Assembly: GCA_002841455.1 (NCBI GenBank)
Contig: PGZT01000001.1
Span: forward strand, 15,919-79,918
Source of the DNA: Firmicutes bacterium HGW-Firmicutes-21
GTDB taxonomy: Bacteria; Bacillota; Clostridia; Oscillospirales; CAG-382
Direction: 5' to 3'
Length of the DNA: 64,000 bases
The position numbers were made by a program, and so were the translations under genes. A model generated the notes under the pieces. It ran no database searches. It saw only the letters and a list, made by a program, of their open reading frames with translations, and had not been told where the DNA came from. Positions 56,369 through 64,000 of the stretch are shown here, piece after piece (within the stretch, counting starts at the first letter, position 1; the number at the start of each line of letters is the position of its first letter).

Positions 56369-57817
56369 TTGAAGAAAACAAAAACCTTATTGGTTATTAT
56401 ATTCATATCGGCTCTTGTTATGCTCTCGTGTTTCTCCACGGCGGCTGCCGCAGACGGCTATTACCCCGAGATAAGCTCGGAAAACGCTATTGTTGTTTAC
56501 AGCATAGAAAGCGGACAGACACTTTATTCCTATCGCAGTGATGAAAAAACAGCACCTACGGCGGCGACAAAGCTGCTTACAATGATGGTCGTTTACGATT
56601 TGTTTAGCGAACACGATATAGACTATAAAACGCTGAGAATAACGGTTACCCAGGAGTCCATAAGCGGTATCGGCAACTTAGGCGACATAAGCGCTCCCCG
56701 ATTAGGGCTTACTGCGGGGAAGGATTATCTTGCGGAGGATTTAATGGGAGCTTCGCTTGTCGGCAACGCCAACGACGCTTGTAATGTTCTCGCTTATTAT
56801 TGCGCAACAGAGTTTTTGGGTGGTAATATAGGAGCGTTTTTTGCCCGTATGAACCAAAAAGCGGAGGCGCTCGGCACAACGGACAGCGTTTTTAAAAACG
56901 CTACAGGGCTTGACCAGAGCGGTATGGTAACTACACCTAAGGATGTTGCGCTTATCGCAGCGGGTTTTTATAAATACAACGAGCTGTTTATAATGTCAAA
57001 CCGGTCATTGATGAAGTTTAACATCACAGGAACCGTACACGCGAAGAACTACCTGCTCTCGGACGCTCTTATCTCAAAATACAAGATGAATCAAGCAAAA
57101 GGCATAATAGCGGGGCAACGAGATGTTAATGGCGACTATACCCTGATAACTGCGGTTGAGAAGGACGGACTTACCTATATAATCGTCGTAATGAATGCGA
57201 GCGGAGAGCTGCGGACTACCGACGGGTTGAGAAGCTTTGGCGACGGAAACGCATATGACGATATGAAAATTCTTATACCGTGGACACAAAATTCCTTTGA
57301 GTATCGCATTCTGTCGGAAAAGGAGGGAGAGCCGGTCGCCGAGCTGCGGGTCGCCATGGGTAAGAGCTATGATCATGTTAAGGTCATACCACAGAGCAAG
57401 CTGGAGCTGCTGATAAATAAAAGCGTGGAGAGCTCACAAATAGAGAGGAAAATAAGCTTTGACGAGAGCATTGTATACAAAGGTGACTACAATGGAACCG
57501 TTGTGGATATGGTGGATGCTCCGATAGTAAAGGGGCAGGAAGTAGGAACACTGACATTTTTATACAACGGCGAGGTGCTCGGGAGCGTAAAGCTTATCGC
57601 ACAGAGCTCGGTTGATGCAAGCGGACTCCTCTCAACGGCGAACACGGTAAAAGGCTTTTTGTTCGGCAGCACTATGCGCACAATTCTGTTAGGCTTCGCA
57701 GGGATTATTGCTCTTTATATTCTGTTTTCAATCGTAACCTCTGTAATAAGAGGAATAAAAAGAATAAAAAAAGCAACAACCGGCAGGAAGTCAAATAAAG
57801 AGGATGATTCGTTCTGA
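56369..57817 (+). CDS. PBP5/DacA-like (peptidase S11 fold) protein with degenerate catalytic motifs and a C-terminal TM anchor
   Basis: TTG start after a GGAGGAGG RBS, with a signal peptide. It is colinear with B. subtilis DacA by eye, but SxxK reads AATK, SxN reads NAN, and KTG reads IAG. Confidence 0.8.
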   Translation: MKKTKTLLVIIFISALVMLSCFSTAAAADGYYPEISSENAIVVYSIESGQTLYSYRSDEKTAPTAATKLLTMMVVYDLFSEHDIDYKTLRITVTQESISGIGNLGDISAPRLGLTAGKDYLAEDLMGASLVGNANDACNVLAYYCATEFLGGNIGAFFARMNQKAEALGTTDSVFKNATGLDQSGMVTTPKDVALIAAGFYKYNELFIMSNRSLMKFNITGTVHAKNYLLSDALISKYKMNQAKGIIAGQRDVNGDYTLITAVEKDGLTYIIVVMNASGELRTTDGLRSFGDGNAYDDMKILIPWTQNSFEYRILSEKEGEPVAELRVAMGKSYDHVKVIPQSKLELLINKSVESSQIERKISFDESIVYKGDYNGTVVDMVDAPIVKGQEVGTLTFLYNGEVLGSVKLIAQSSVDASGLLSTANTVKGFLFGSTMRTILLGFAGIIALYILFSIVTSVIRGIKRIKKATTGRKSNKEDDSF

Positions 57818-57962
57818 CAGAAATGTGTATGAAAAATTAAATTTTCAAAAAAAAGAAATTTACTCTTGCAAAAACACCGTTGCTGTGATAATATGGCATA
57901 TGCGGCACATTGCAAAAGCTATAATAAAATGATATGGAATACATTTTCGGAGGATATAAAAC

Positions 57963-58379
57963 ATGAACACACTTGAATATATTATAGGCGGATTGCTTTT
58001 TTTAATCGGATTGATACTTGTTGTAATTATAATGATGCAGCAGGGAAAAAGAAAAGGTCTTTCCGGTGCGATAAGCGGTAGCTCGTCCGGCTCCTTCTTT
58101 GGTAAAAACAAGGGAAAAACCAAGGATAAGATGCTTAACAAGGCAACTGCGGTGCTTGCGATAGTGTTTACCTTGCTCGTACTTACTCTTTATGTGGTTA
58201 ATACCGTCGGAAACAAGGAGGACACTACATCTATCCCGACGGAAAGTGTAGCCGAGTCGCCTGATGTTTCCCCCGATGAATCCCCAGATGTTTCACCTGA
58301 TGAGTCACCTGATGAATCCCCAGATGTTTCACCTGACGAGTCGCCCGATGAATCTCCCGACGAGTCGCCTGCCGAATAA
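57963..58379 (+). CDS. secG: Preprotein translocase subunit SecG with a repetitive acidic/proline C-terminal extension
   Basis: The first 80 aa or so match the SecG layout (two TM helices flanking the Gly-rich loop GKRKGLSGAISGSSSGSFFG). The C-terminus is a D-[EV]-S-P repeat. Confidence 0.85.
   Translation: MNTLEYIIGGLLFLIGLILVVIIMMQQGKRKGLSGAISGSSSGSFFGKNKGKTKDKMLNKATAVLAIVFTLLVLTLYVVNTVGNKEDTTSIPTESVAESPDVSPDESPDVSPDESPDESPDVSPDESPDESPDESPAE
58254..58370 (+). repeat. Coding tandem repeat, 12-nt period (about 10 units, D-E/V-S-P)
   Basis: gagtcgcct gatgtttcc cccgatgaatcc ccagatgtttca cct... encodes ESPDVSPDESPDVSPDESPDESPDVSPDESPDESPDESP. Confidence 0.9.
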
Positions 58380-58675
58380 ACCTGCTTAACAGGAATAAAC
58401 GAAGAATAATTACGAATTTAAGTATTACAATATATGTTCGACGACAGATGCGACAGAGTAATTTTCGTCGGAGAAACGGATTATAAATGACAACAGCTTT
58501 CAAAAATTATTATTATATCGGCGGCCGCTATTATTATGCGGTCTTTTCGCCATATAATAAAGCTGTTGTGAAAAACGCCTGATATCCCGCAGTAAGACAA
58601 AAAGGGATTATAACGGAGCTCACATGCAGTGGGCTCCGTTTTTTTATATAAAATAAACTTATAGGAGCATGAAAA
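58380..58675 (+). promoter_or_regulatory. Structured leader of aroF-tyrA ending in an intrinsic terminator (class unresolved)
   Basis: A long irregular hairpin has its basal stem acaacagcttt (58490-58500) paired with aaagctgttgt (58559-58569). The terminator acggagctcac-atgca-gtgggctccgt (58613-58639) plus a T-run (58639-58645) lies about 30 nt before the aroF ATG. Confidence 0.6.
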
Positions 58676-59689
58676 ATGATTATTGTATTAAAAAACAACA
58701 AAACCGAGAGCGAAGTAGCGTCGTTCAAGTCATATCTGGAGCAAAAATACGGTGTCGGCATCCATGTGTCTGTCGGACATGACAGCGTTGTACTGGGACT
58801 TATCGGCGATACCTCAGCGGTTGACGAGGATTCCGTTCGAGCGCAGGACATTGTACAGGAGGTAAAGCGTGTACAGGAGCCTTATAAGAAGGCAAACCGC
58901 AAGTTCCATCCCGACGATACGGTCATAACCCTCGCCAACGGCTTAACCATCGGCTCCGGCAGCCTGACGCTGATAGCGGGACCTTGCTCCGTTGAGAGTG
59001 AGGAGCAGGTTATAGAGGTTGCCGAGGCGGTAAAGTCCGTCGGAGCCGCTGTTTTAAGAGGCGGTGCGTTCAAGCCGAGGACATCTCCGTATGCGTTTCA
59101 GGGAATGGGGGCGGACGGACTTGCGCTGCTGAAAAAGGCAAGAACCAAAACAGGGCTGCCGATTATCAGCGAGGTTATGTCGGCATCTCAACTTGAGCTG
59201 TTCGCAGAGGTTGACATAATACAGGTCGGAGCGAGAAATATGCAGAACTTTGAGTTATTGAAGGAGTTAGGCAAGCAGAGCCGCCCGATTATGCTTAAGA
59301 GAGGGCTATCCAGCACCATTGAGGAGCTTCTGATGAGTGCGGAATATATTATGGCAAGCGGAAACGAGCAGATTATTCTGTGCGAGAGAGGAATACGCAC
59401 CTTTGAGACCAAAACCCGCAATACACTTGATATTTCTGCAATCCCGATATTAAAAAGACTGTCGCATCTGCCGGTATTTATCGATCCATCCCACGCCTCG
59501 GGGCTTCCGTGGCTGGTTGAGCCGCTCTCCATGGCGGCGGTTGCGGCGGGTGCGGACGGACTTATTATCGAGGTGCATAATAACCCCGCAAAAGCGCTTT
59601 GTGACGGAGCGCAATCGCTGACACCCGAGATGTTTGCTTCGACGGTTAAAAACATAAAGAAAATCGCAGAGGCGATGGGAAAGAAATAA
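58676..59689 (+). CDS. aroF: 3-deoxy-7-phosphoheptulonate (DAHP) synthase, type I-beta with an N-terminal regulatory-like domain
   Basis: 337 aa with LIAGPCSVES and GAFKPRTSPY. About 70 aa of ferredoxin-like N-terminal extension. Confidence 0.92.
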   Translation: MIIVLKNNKTESEVASFKSYLEQKYGVGIHVSVGHDSVVLGLIGDTSAVDEDSVRAQDIVQEVKRVQEPYKKANRKFHPDDTVITLANGLTIGSGSLTLIAGPCSVESEEQVIEVAEAVKSVGAAVLRGGAFKPRTSPYAFQGMGADGLALLKKARTKTGLPIISEVMSASQLELFAEVDIIQVGARNMQNFELLKELGKQSRPIMLKRGLSSTIEELLMSAEYIMASGNEQIILCERGIRTFETKTRNTLDISAIPILKRLSHLPVFIDPSHASGLPWLVEPLSMAAVAAGADGLIIEVHNNPAKALCDGAQSLTPEMFASTVKNIKKIAEAMGKK

Positions 59690-59720
59690 GAGCTTCAGTT
59701 AAAGAGAAAGGTAATGTTTT

Positions 59721-60557
59721 ATGAGAAGTATAGCTATAATCGGCTTAGGGTTGATAGGCGGCTCGATTGCAAAAGCGGTAAAGCAAAATTCAGAGACTTA
59801 TGTTATCGGCTGGAACAGAAACGAATCCACCGCTAAAGCGGCATTGAAGCAGGGTATTATCGACACGATATGGGATAAAAGCAGTGTTCTCGACAGCGAG
59901 CTGATTATTATTGCGGCTCCTCCCGAGGCGACGGTATGCTTTCTTGAGGAAAATGCGCATCTGTTCGGAAAAGGCTCGGTGATTACCGATGTGTGCGGCG
60001 TAAAAACGCAAATCGTTGCGGAGTGCGAGCGAATTTGCATAGCAAACGGACTCGCCTTCATAGGAGGACACCCAATGGCAGGCAAGGAAAAGGGCGGACT
60101 AAACAACTCCGACCCAACGCTTTTCGAGCGGGCGAGCTATATACTCACACCAAGCGCGAGCACTCCCAAAAAAGCGATGGATACGATAATCGAGCTGACC
60201 GAGATTTTAAAGGTAGGCAGAATCACCGTAACCACGCCGGAAGAGCATGACAGAATTATCGCCTTTACCTCACAGCTTCCGCATGTACTTGCCGGTGCGT
60301 ATATAAAATCTCCCCTGTGTAAGGAAAGAAAGGGTTTTTCCGCCGGGAGCTTTATGGATGTATCCCGTGTAGCTACAGCAGACGAAAAGCTATGGACAGA
60401 GCTGTTTATGCAGAACCGTGTCAACCTCTGTAAAGAGATAGAAACCCTGATAAAAAATCTTACAGCATATCACGATGCAATCAAGGACGACAACAGACAA
60501 TTAATAAATGACCTTATTAAGGAGGGCAGGGAAATAAAGGAAGCCGATAACGATTGA
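59721..60557 (+). CDS. tyrA: Prephenate dehydrogenase
   Basis: 278 aa with Rossmann motif IIGLGLIGGS and GGHPMAG. Confidence 0.9.
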   Translation: MRSIAIIGLGLIGGSIAKAVKQNSETYVIGWNRNESTAKAALKQGIIDTIWDKSSVLDSELIIIAAPPEATVCFLEENAHLFGKGSVITDVCGVKTQIVAECERICIANGLAFIGGHPMAGKEKGGLNNSDPTLFERASYILTPSASTPKKAMDTIIELTEILKVGRITVTTPEEHDRIIAFTSQLPHVLAGAYIKSPLCKERKGFSAGSFMDVSRVATADEKLWTELFMQNRVNLCKEIETLIKNLTAYHDAIKDDNRQLINDLIKEGREIKEADND

Positions 60558-60681
60558 TATTTTAACAAGTTGTTTACTTCGTAAATATAACTATTGTATT
60601 TTTCGACAAAATATGCTACTCTAATCAACAAGGAACTTAAGCCCCATGCCGCAGAGTGTGAGACAAACGGGAGGATGACGA

Positions 60682-61785
60682 ATGCGGAGTACGGTTATAA
60701 AAGGATGTAGAGAAAACTTGATTAAACTTGCGGAAGAGCTGGCATATCCGGCAATATTACTTGATAAGGAATATAAAATCGTATATAAAAACGGTTTTTG
60801 TCTGAATAGGCTTATACCCTTGAGAATGGGCTCCTGTATTAAAAAGCATTTATCGTCGGCGGATTTTCGCCGCATTGTTCAGATGAAAACGGAAGAAACA
60901 ATAAGGGTCAATATTGAGCTTCCGGCACTTTACGGCGCTTTTATTTACCGTGGAGAGGAGTGCTATCTTGTCGGGCTGAGAACACTTTCCGCCGCACTTC
61001 AAAACCGCATAAACGAGCTGATGAAGCTGAACTCCGACCTAACCGAATCTCTTTTGTGTCAGATGAGCGTTTTGTCTGCGTTAAACGGCGAAAAAGGCAT
61101 TTCCGAGCTGTTAAAGCACAAGAGCAACCGTATTATTCGTTCACAGCAGCATATAAGCGAATTTTTGCGTATCGTAAACGGAATAAAAAATACAAGAACT
61201 CATTTATGCGAGGTAAGCCCCATTCTTGATGCGATTATATTATCGCTTAGGGATGCGCTGCGTCCGCTTGGAATACAGATAACATATAATAATGCCGCCT
61301 TTATACATAAGGACATTAACGCTATGCTATGCGAGCCGGATTTCAATATGATAATATGTCATATGCTAAACAACGGGATTAGACTCTCGCAGAGCGGAAA
61401 GCTGCAGATAGATGTTAATGTTATCAGCGGAAAGCTGTATATTTCTTTAATGACCGATACTGTAATACCGGAAAATATCGCTAAAAATATTTGCGAGAGC
61501 GATTTTGAAACCGAGAGCTTTTCCCCCGACAGCACAGACGGCAGCAACGGACCGGACGGGTGGATGTATTTTGACCTGTTATTGATTAGAAAGCTGTGCG
61601 AATATTATTTCTGGGACATAAGGCTAAGCGCACCGGGCTCCGATTATTCCCGTTTACAGCTTACCCTCTCGTTACCGCTGGAGAACGAAAAGAACACATT
61701 GTTGATTTTCAAGGACAGCGAAACGAGCATGAACGAAATAAGAAGCCTTATCGCAATCGAATTTTCCGACATTTTTGACCGATAA
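60682..61785 (+). CDS. Soluble histidine-kinase-like protein with a degenerate ATP-binding domain
   Basis: 367 aa. It has a PAS-like N-terminus, an H-box-like IIRSQQHISEFLRIV, and an N-box-like ICHMLNNGIRLS. The position of the DxGxG G1 box reads TDTVIP. No response regulator gene is adjacent. Confidence 0.55.
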   Translation: MRSTVIKGCRENLIKLAEELAYPAILLDKEYKIVYKNGFCLNRLIPLRMGSCIKKHLSSADFRRIVQMKTEETIRVNIELPALYGAFIYRGEECYLVGLRTLSAALQNRINELMKLNSDLTESLLCQMSVLSALNGEKGISELLKHKSNRIIRSQQHISEFLRIVNGIKNTRTHLCEVSPILDAIILSLRDALRPLGIQITYNNAAFIHKDINAMLCEPDFNMIICHMLNNGIRLSQSGKLQIDVNVISGKLYISLMTDTVIPENIAKNICESDFETESFSPDSTDGSNGPDGWMYFDLLLIRKLCEYYFWDIRLSAPGSDYSRLQLTLSLPLENEKNTLLIFKDSETSMNEIRSLIAIEFSDIFDR

Positions 61786-61827
61786 GCTATATTTATTCAC
61801 AAATGAATGTTACTATAAGCTAAATAC

Positions 61828-62110
61828 ATAGGTCCTCGGGTGTCGGGGTTATGCGTTGCATAACGCCCGACTTAAAAAGGAAGCGGGGTGAGAAGCCCCC
61901 ACGAACTCGTCGCTGTAAAGGAGGAGTCCGCTGCGTTTACGGTCACTGGCATTCATGCCGGGAAGGCTGCGGCGGATGATGACGCCTGAGTCAGAAGACT
62001 TGCCCGAACAAAATTCGTCAAAAAACGACGGAAACGGATCGTACAGAGAGCCGCGAGAAAAACGGTGTTCGTACAAAGCAACCTCTTTATAAAGAAGAGG
62101 GTGTTTTGAT
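61828..62110 (+). promoter_or_regulatory. Cobalamin (B12) riboswitch
   Basis: Conserved core strings are AAAAAGGAAGCGGGGTGAGAAGCCCCCACGAACTCGTCGCTGTAA and GGTCACTG...GGGAAGGC, plus the B12-box-like GAGTCAGAAGACTTGCC. A weak terminator (cctctt...aagagg plus tttt) lies near 62082-62108. Confidence 0.85.
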
Positions 62111-62179
62111 ATGCTTGTTTTCCTTCGTTCTTTGCCGGATCACCTATGGATGAATCTGCAAGGAAAGGAGGTTTTTTAT

Positions 62180-62578
62180 ATGAAGAACAAAAAAATCATT
62201 ATTGTTTTTGCGCTTGTTTTTGCGTTGCTTATCGTCTCGGCGGTTACGGTATATGTTTTTGCCAACAGCAATGATGCGGATAACAAATACGCAAAAACAA
62301 TAACCGTTTTAGTTGTTGTGGAGGGTAGAGATACCAAGACCTTTACCATCGGCACGGACGCCGAATTTTTACTTGACGCGTTGAACCAGATAGAGCTGGT
62401 AGAAGGCTCCGAGAGCATTTACGGCTTTTTCATCACAACAGTCGACGGGATTACTGCGAACGAGAATAAGCAGGAATGGTGGGCTGTCTCCAAAGACGGA
62501 GAGCAAACTCTTACGGGAGTTTCCTCCACACCCATAAAGGACGGTGATACCTTTGAGCTCACTCTGTCAACATACTAA
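62180..62578 (+). CDS. DUF4430 domain protein with an N-terminal membrane anchor (putative surface B12-binding protein)
   Basis: The ATG at 62180 lies 8 nt after an AAGGAGG RBS. The TM helix is IIIVFALVFALLIVSAVTVYVFA. The DUF4430-type C-terminus reads EWWAVSKDGE...IKDGDTFELTL. It lies downstream of the B12 riboswitch. Confidence 0.75.
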   Translation: MKNKKIIIVFALVFALLIVSAVTVYVFANSNDADNKYAKTITVLVVVEGRDTKTFTIGTDAEFLLDALNQIELVEGSESIYGFFITTVDGITANENKQEWWAVSKDGEQTLTGVSSTPIKDGDTFELTLSTY

Positions 62579-63083
62579 TAAAAAGGGCACTCAGCTCAGA
62601 CGGATGATGCTGTTCTCTATGCTGGGCGCCGTTTTGGTTATAATGCAGGTGGCTTTAGCCGGCTTGGCAAACATCGAGCTCGTTTCTGTTTTAATCATTG
62701 TGTACACCTGCGTGTTCGGATGGTATGCGTTTATACCGACATATGTCTTTGTCGTTATACAGCTGGTTTTATACGGATTCAACATCTGGTCATATTTTTA
62801 TATTTACTGCTGGGCGGTTCTTATCATTTTGGCTCTACCGTTAAGGCATATAAAATCTCCTGTTCTATGGGCAATGGTAGCCGGAGCGTTTGGGCTTATC
62901 TTCGGAGCGCTCAGTGCGGTTACGAGCTTATTTATCGGCGGGTGGAGCTTTGCCGTTGCATATTGGATAAACGGTCTGCTGTTTGATTTTGTACATTGCG
63001 CAGCAAATTTTGTGATAACCTTGTTTCTGTACAAGCCTTTATTGTTGATTCTTGAATACGGTAAGGAAAAGCTCAGGATATAA
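62544..63083 (+). CDS. Polytopic membrane protein, ECF-transporter S-component-like (putative cobalamin-specific)
   Basis: 160-179 aa with 5-6 hydrophobic helices. The start is uncertain (GTG at 62544 overlapping the upstream gene, or ATG at 62604). It shares an operon with the riboswitch-controlled DUF4430 gene. Confidence 0.6.
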   Translation: MIPLSSLCQHTNKKGTQLRRMMLFSMLGAVLVIMQVALAGLANIELVSVLIIVYTCVFGWYAFIPTYVFVVIQLVLYGFNIWSYFYIYCWAVLIILALPLRHIKSPVLWAMVAGAFGLIFGALSAVTSLFIGGWSFAVAYWINGLLFDFVHCAANFVITLFLYKPLLLILEYGKEKLRI

Positions 63084-63130
63084 AAAAGAAGCTGACTAAC
63101 AACGGAAGTTGTAAGTCAGCTCTTCTTTTC
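63084..63130. terminator. Bidirectional terminator between convergent genes
   Basis: gctgact (63091-63097) pairs with agtcagc (63114-63120). It has an A-run upstream and tcttcttttc downstream. Confidence 0.6.
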
Positions 63131-63345
63131 TACATTGTTTTATGGATATAATCGGCGAAGCAGGTAAAAGCAATAGCCTCTGCCAGCAACAACGCATAAA
63201 ACAGACAGCCTGCTCTGTAAGAAGCGCTCATATGGTCCACAGTCGCTATATATCCGATACAGGATACGGTGATAATCACTATAGAGCAGAACAGAATATG
63301 AGCGGCAAAGGACGATAATCCTCTCCTTTTTGCTCTTTTTTTCAT
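63130..63345 (-). CDS. Small hypothetical membrane protein (71 aa from the internal ATG)
   Basis: The ATG at 63345 follows an AAGGAAG RBS. MKKRAKRRG is followed by two hydrophobic helices. The longer track ORF (to 63537) overlaps the nrdR start region and looks spurious. Confidence 0.5.
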   Translation of the reverse strand: MKKRAKRRGLSSFAAHILFCSIVIITVSCIGYIATVDHMSASYRAGCLFYALLLAEAIAFTCFADYIHKTM

Positions 63346-63521
63346 TAATATGTACTTCCTTTCTTTACAAACGGTAATATTTGTGATATATTTAGTATAA
63401 TATGTTGCAAAAATAGCAGATACGGAGCTTTTACTGTGTAAAGCACAGCATTTACTAAAAAACGAAACGGCGAGGTTCCCAATTTTCGGAATAAATACCG
63501 ATGAAAGGAATGATAATAATT

Positions 63522-63977
63522 TTGAAATGCCCGTCATGTTCGCATCCCGAAAGCAAGGTAATAGATTCCCGTCCGTCGGCAGAGAATTCGTCGATACGCA
63601 GAAGGCGGGAATGTCTGGAATGCCAGAAGCGGTTTACCACCTACGAAACCGTTGAGACCGTGCCGATAATAGTTATTAAAAAGGATAAATCGAGAGAGAG
63701 CTTTGACCGCAATAAGATTTTCAACAGCATCATCCGTGCGTGTGACAAAAGGCAGGTAACCCGCAGTGAGATGGAATCCATTGTTAACGAAATAGAGGCT
63801 TCCTTACAGAATGCGCTACAGAACGAGGTTCCGAGTACGGCGATAGGCGATATGGTGATGAGCAAGCTCAAAGCGATAGATGAGGTTGCGTATGTCAGGT
63901 TTGCCTCAGTATACAGACAGTTCAGGGATATAGGTGCTTTTATGGAGGAGCTAAAAAGGCTGTTGGCGGAAAAATAA
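63522..63977 (+). CDS. nrdR: Transcriptional repressor NrdR
   Basis: Zinc ribbon (L/M)[16 protein letters not shown]...[12 protein letters not shown] plus an ATP-cone domain. The TTG at 63522 gives the family-typical N-terminus. The track ORF starts at 63501. Confidence 0.9.
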   Translation: MKCPSCSHPESKVIDSRPSAENSSIRRRRECLECQKRFTTYETVETVPIIVIKKDKSRESFDRNKIFNSIIRACDKRQVTRSEMESIVNEIEASLQNALQNEVPSTAIGDMVMSKLKAIDEVAYVRFASVYRQFRDIGAFMEELKRLLAEK

Positions 63978-64000
63978 TACAGAATAAGCAAAAAATACGG

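Noticed and set aside
58254-58370. A tandem repeat that might be mistaken for a CRISPR-like or minisatellite array.
   Set aside because: The period is 12 nt with no spacers. It is in frame and encodes the D-E/V-S-P tail of SecG.
61849-62076. A 75-aa minus-strand ORF.
   Set aside because: It lies completely within the cobalamin riboswitch aptamer and expression platform on the opposite strand.
63346-63537. The long form of minus-strand ORF 63130-63537 (135 aa).
   Set aside because: Its N-terminal 64 aa run antisense across the nrdR promoter and start region. An internal ATG with an AAGGAAG RBS gives a plausible 71-aa membrane protein instead.

Overview
This window reads as a chromosomal segment with Firmicutes/Clostridia-type gene content, about half G+C by eye. 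The taxon is inference only. It spans the replication origin. jag-yidC-yidD-rnpA-rpmH on the minus strand diverge from dnaA-dnaN-recF-remB-gyrB-gyrA on the plus strand. The dnaA-dnaN spacer carries DnaA-box-like 9-mers, a short GC cluster, a run of CTA (DnaA-trio) triplets and an AT-rich stretch.

The rest is mostly housekeeping:
- ahcY (partial), deoD, nadA and ldhA
- a complete rnfCDGEAB operon preceded by apbE, a NusG-domain-II gene and a Gx-transporter gene
- rlmH, rqcH, a nif3-like gene and a split transketolase
- the rluD-lspA-ileS-divIVA-yggT-sepF-yggS cluster
- miaA, queA, a U32 peptidase, ribF, secG, aroF-tyrA and nrdR
- a cobalamin riboswitch in front of a DUF4430 gene and an S-component-like membrane gene

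I recognised no rRNA, tRNA, CRISPR array, transposase or integrase.

The candidates most worth a second look are:
1. An AT-rich islet (about 1680-3050) encoding an orphan DNPH1/nucleoside-2-deoxyribosyltransferase-like protein fused to a long helical domain.
2. A 66-nt structured element present twice (22045-22110 and 29982-30047). The second copy sits inside a densely hairpinned 217-nt spacer that ends in a plus-strand terminator-like signal.
3. A perfect three-way-junction structure between dnaN and recF.
4. An unclassified terminator-containing leader upstream of aroF-tyrA.
5. A PBP5/DacA-like protein that has lost all three catalytic motifs.
6. A second AT-rich islet (about 18780-20127) carrying an internal remnant of a foreign transketolase allele.

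No multi-gene novel system is evident. All homology calls come from reading the supplied translations and from memory of family motifs. No search or computation was run.
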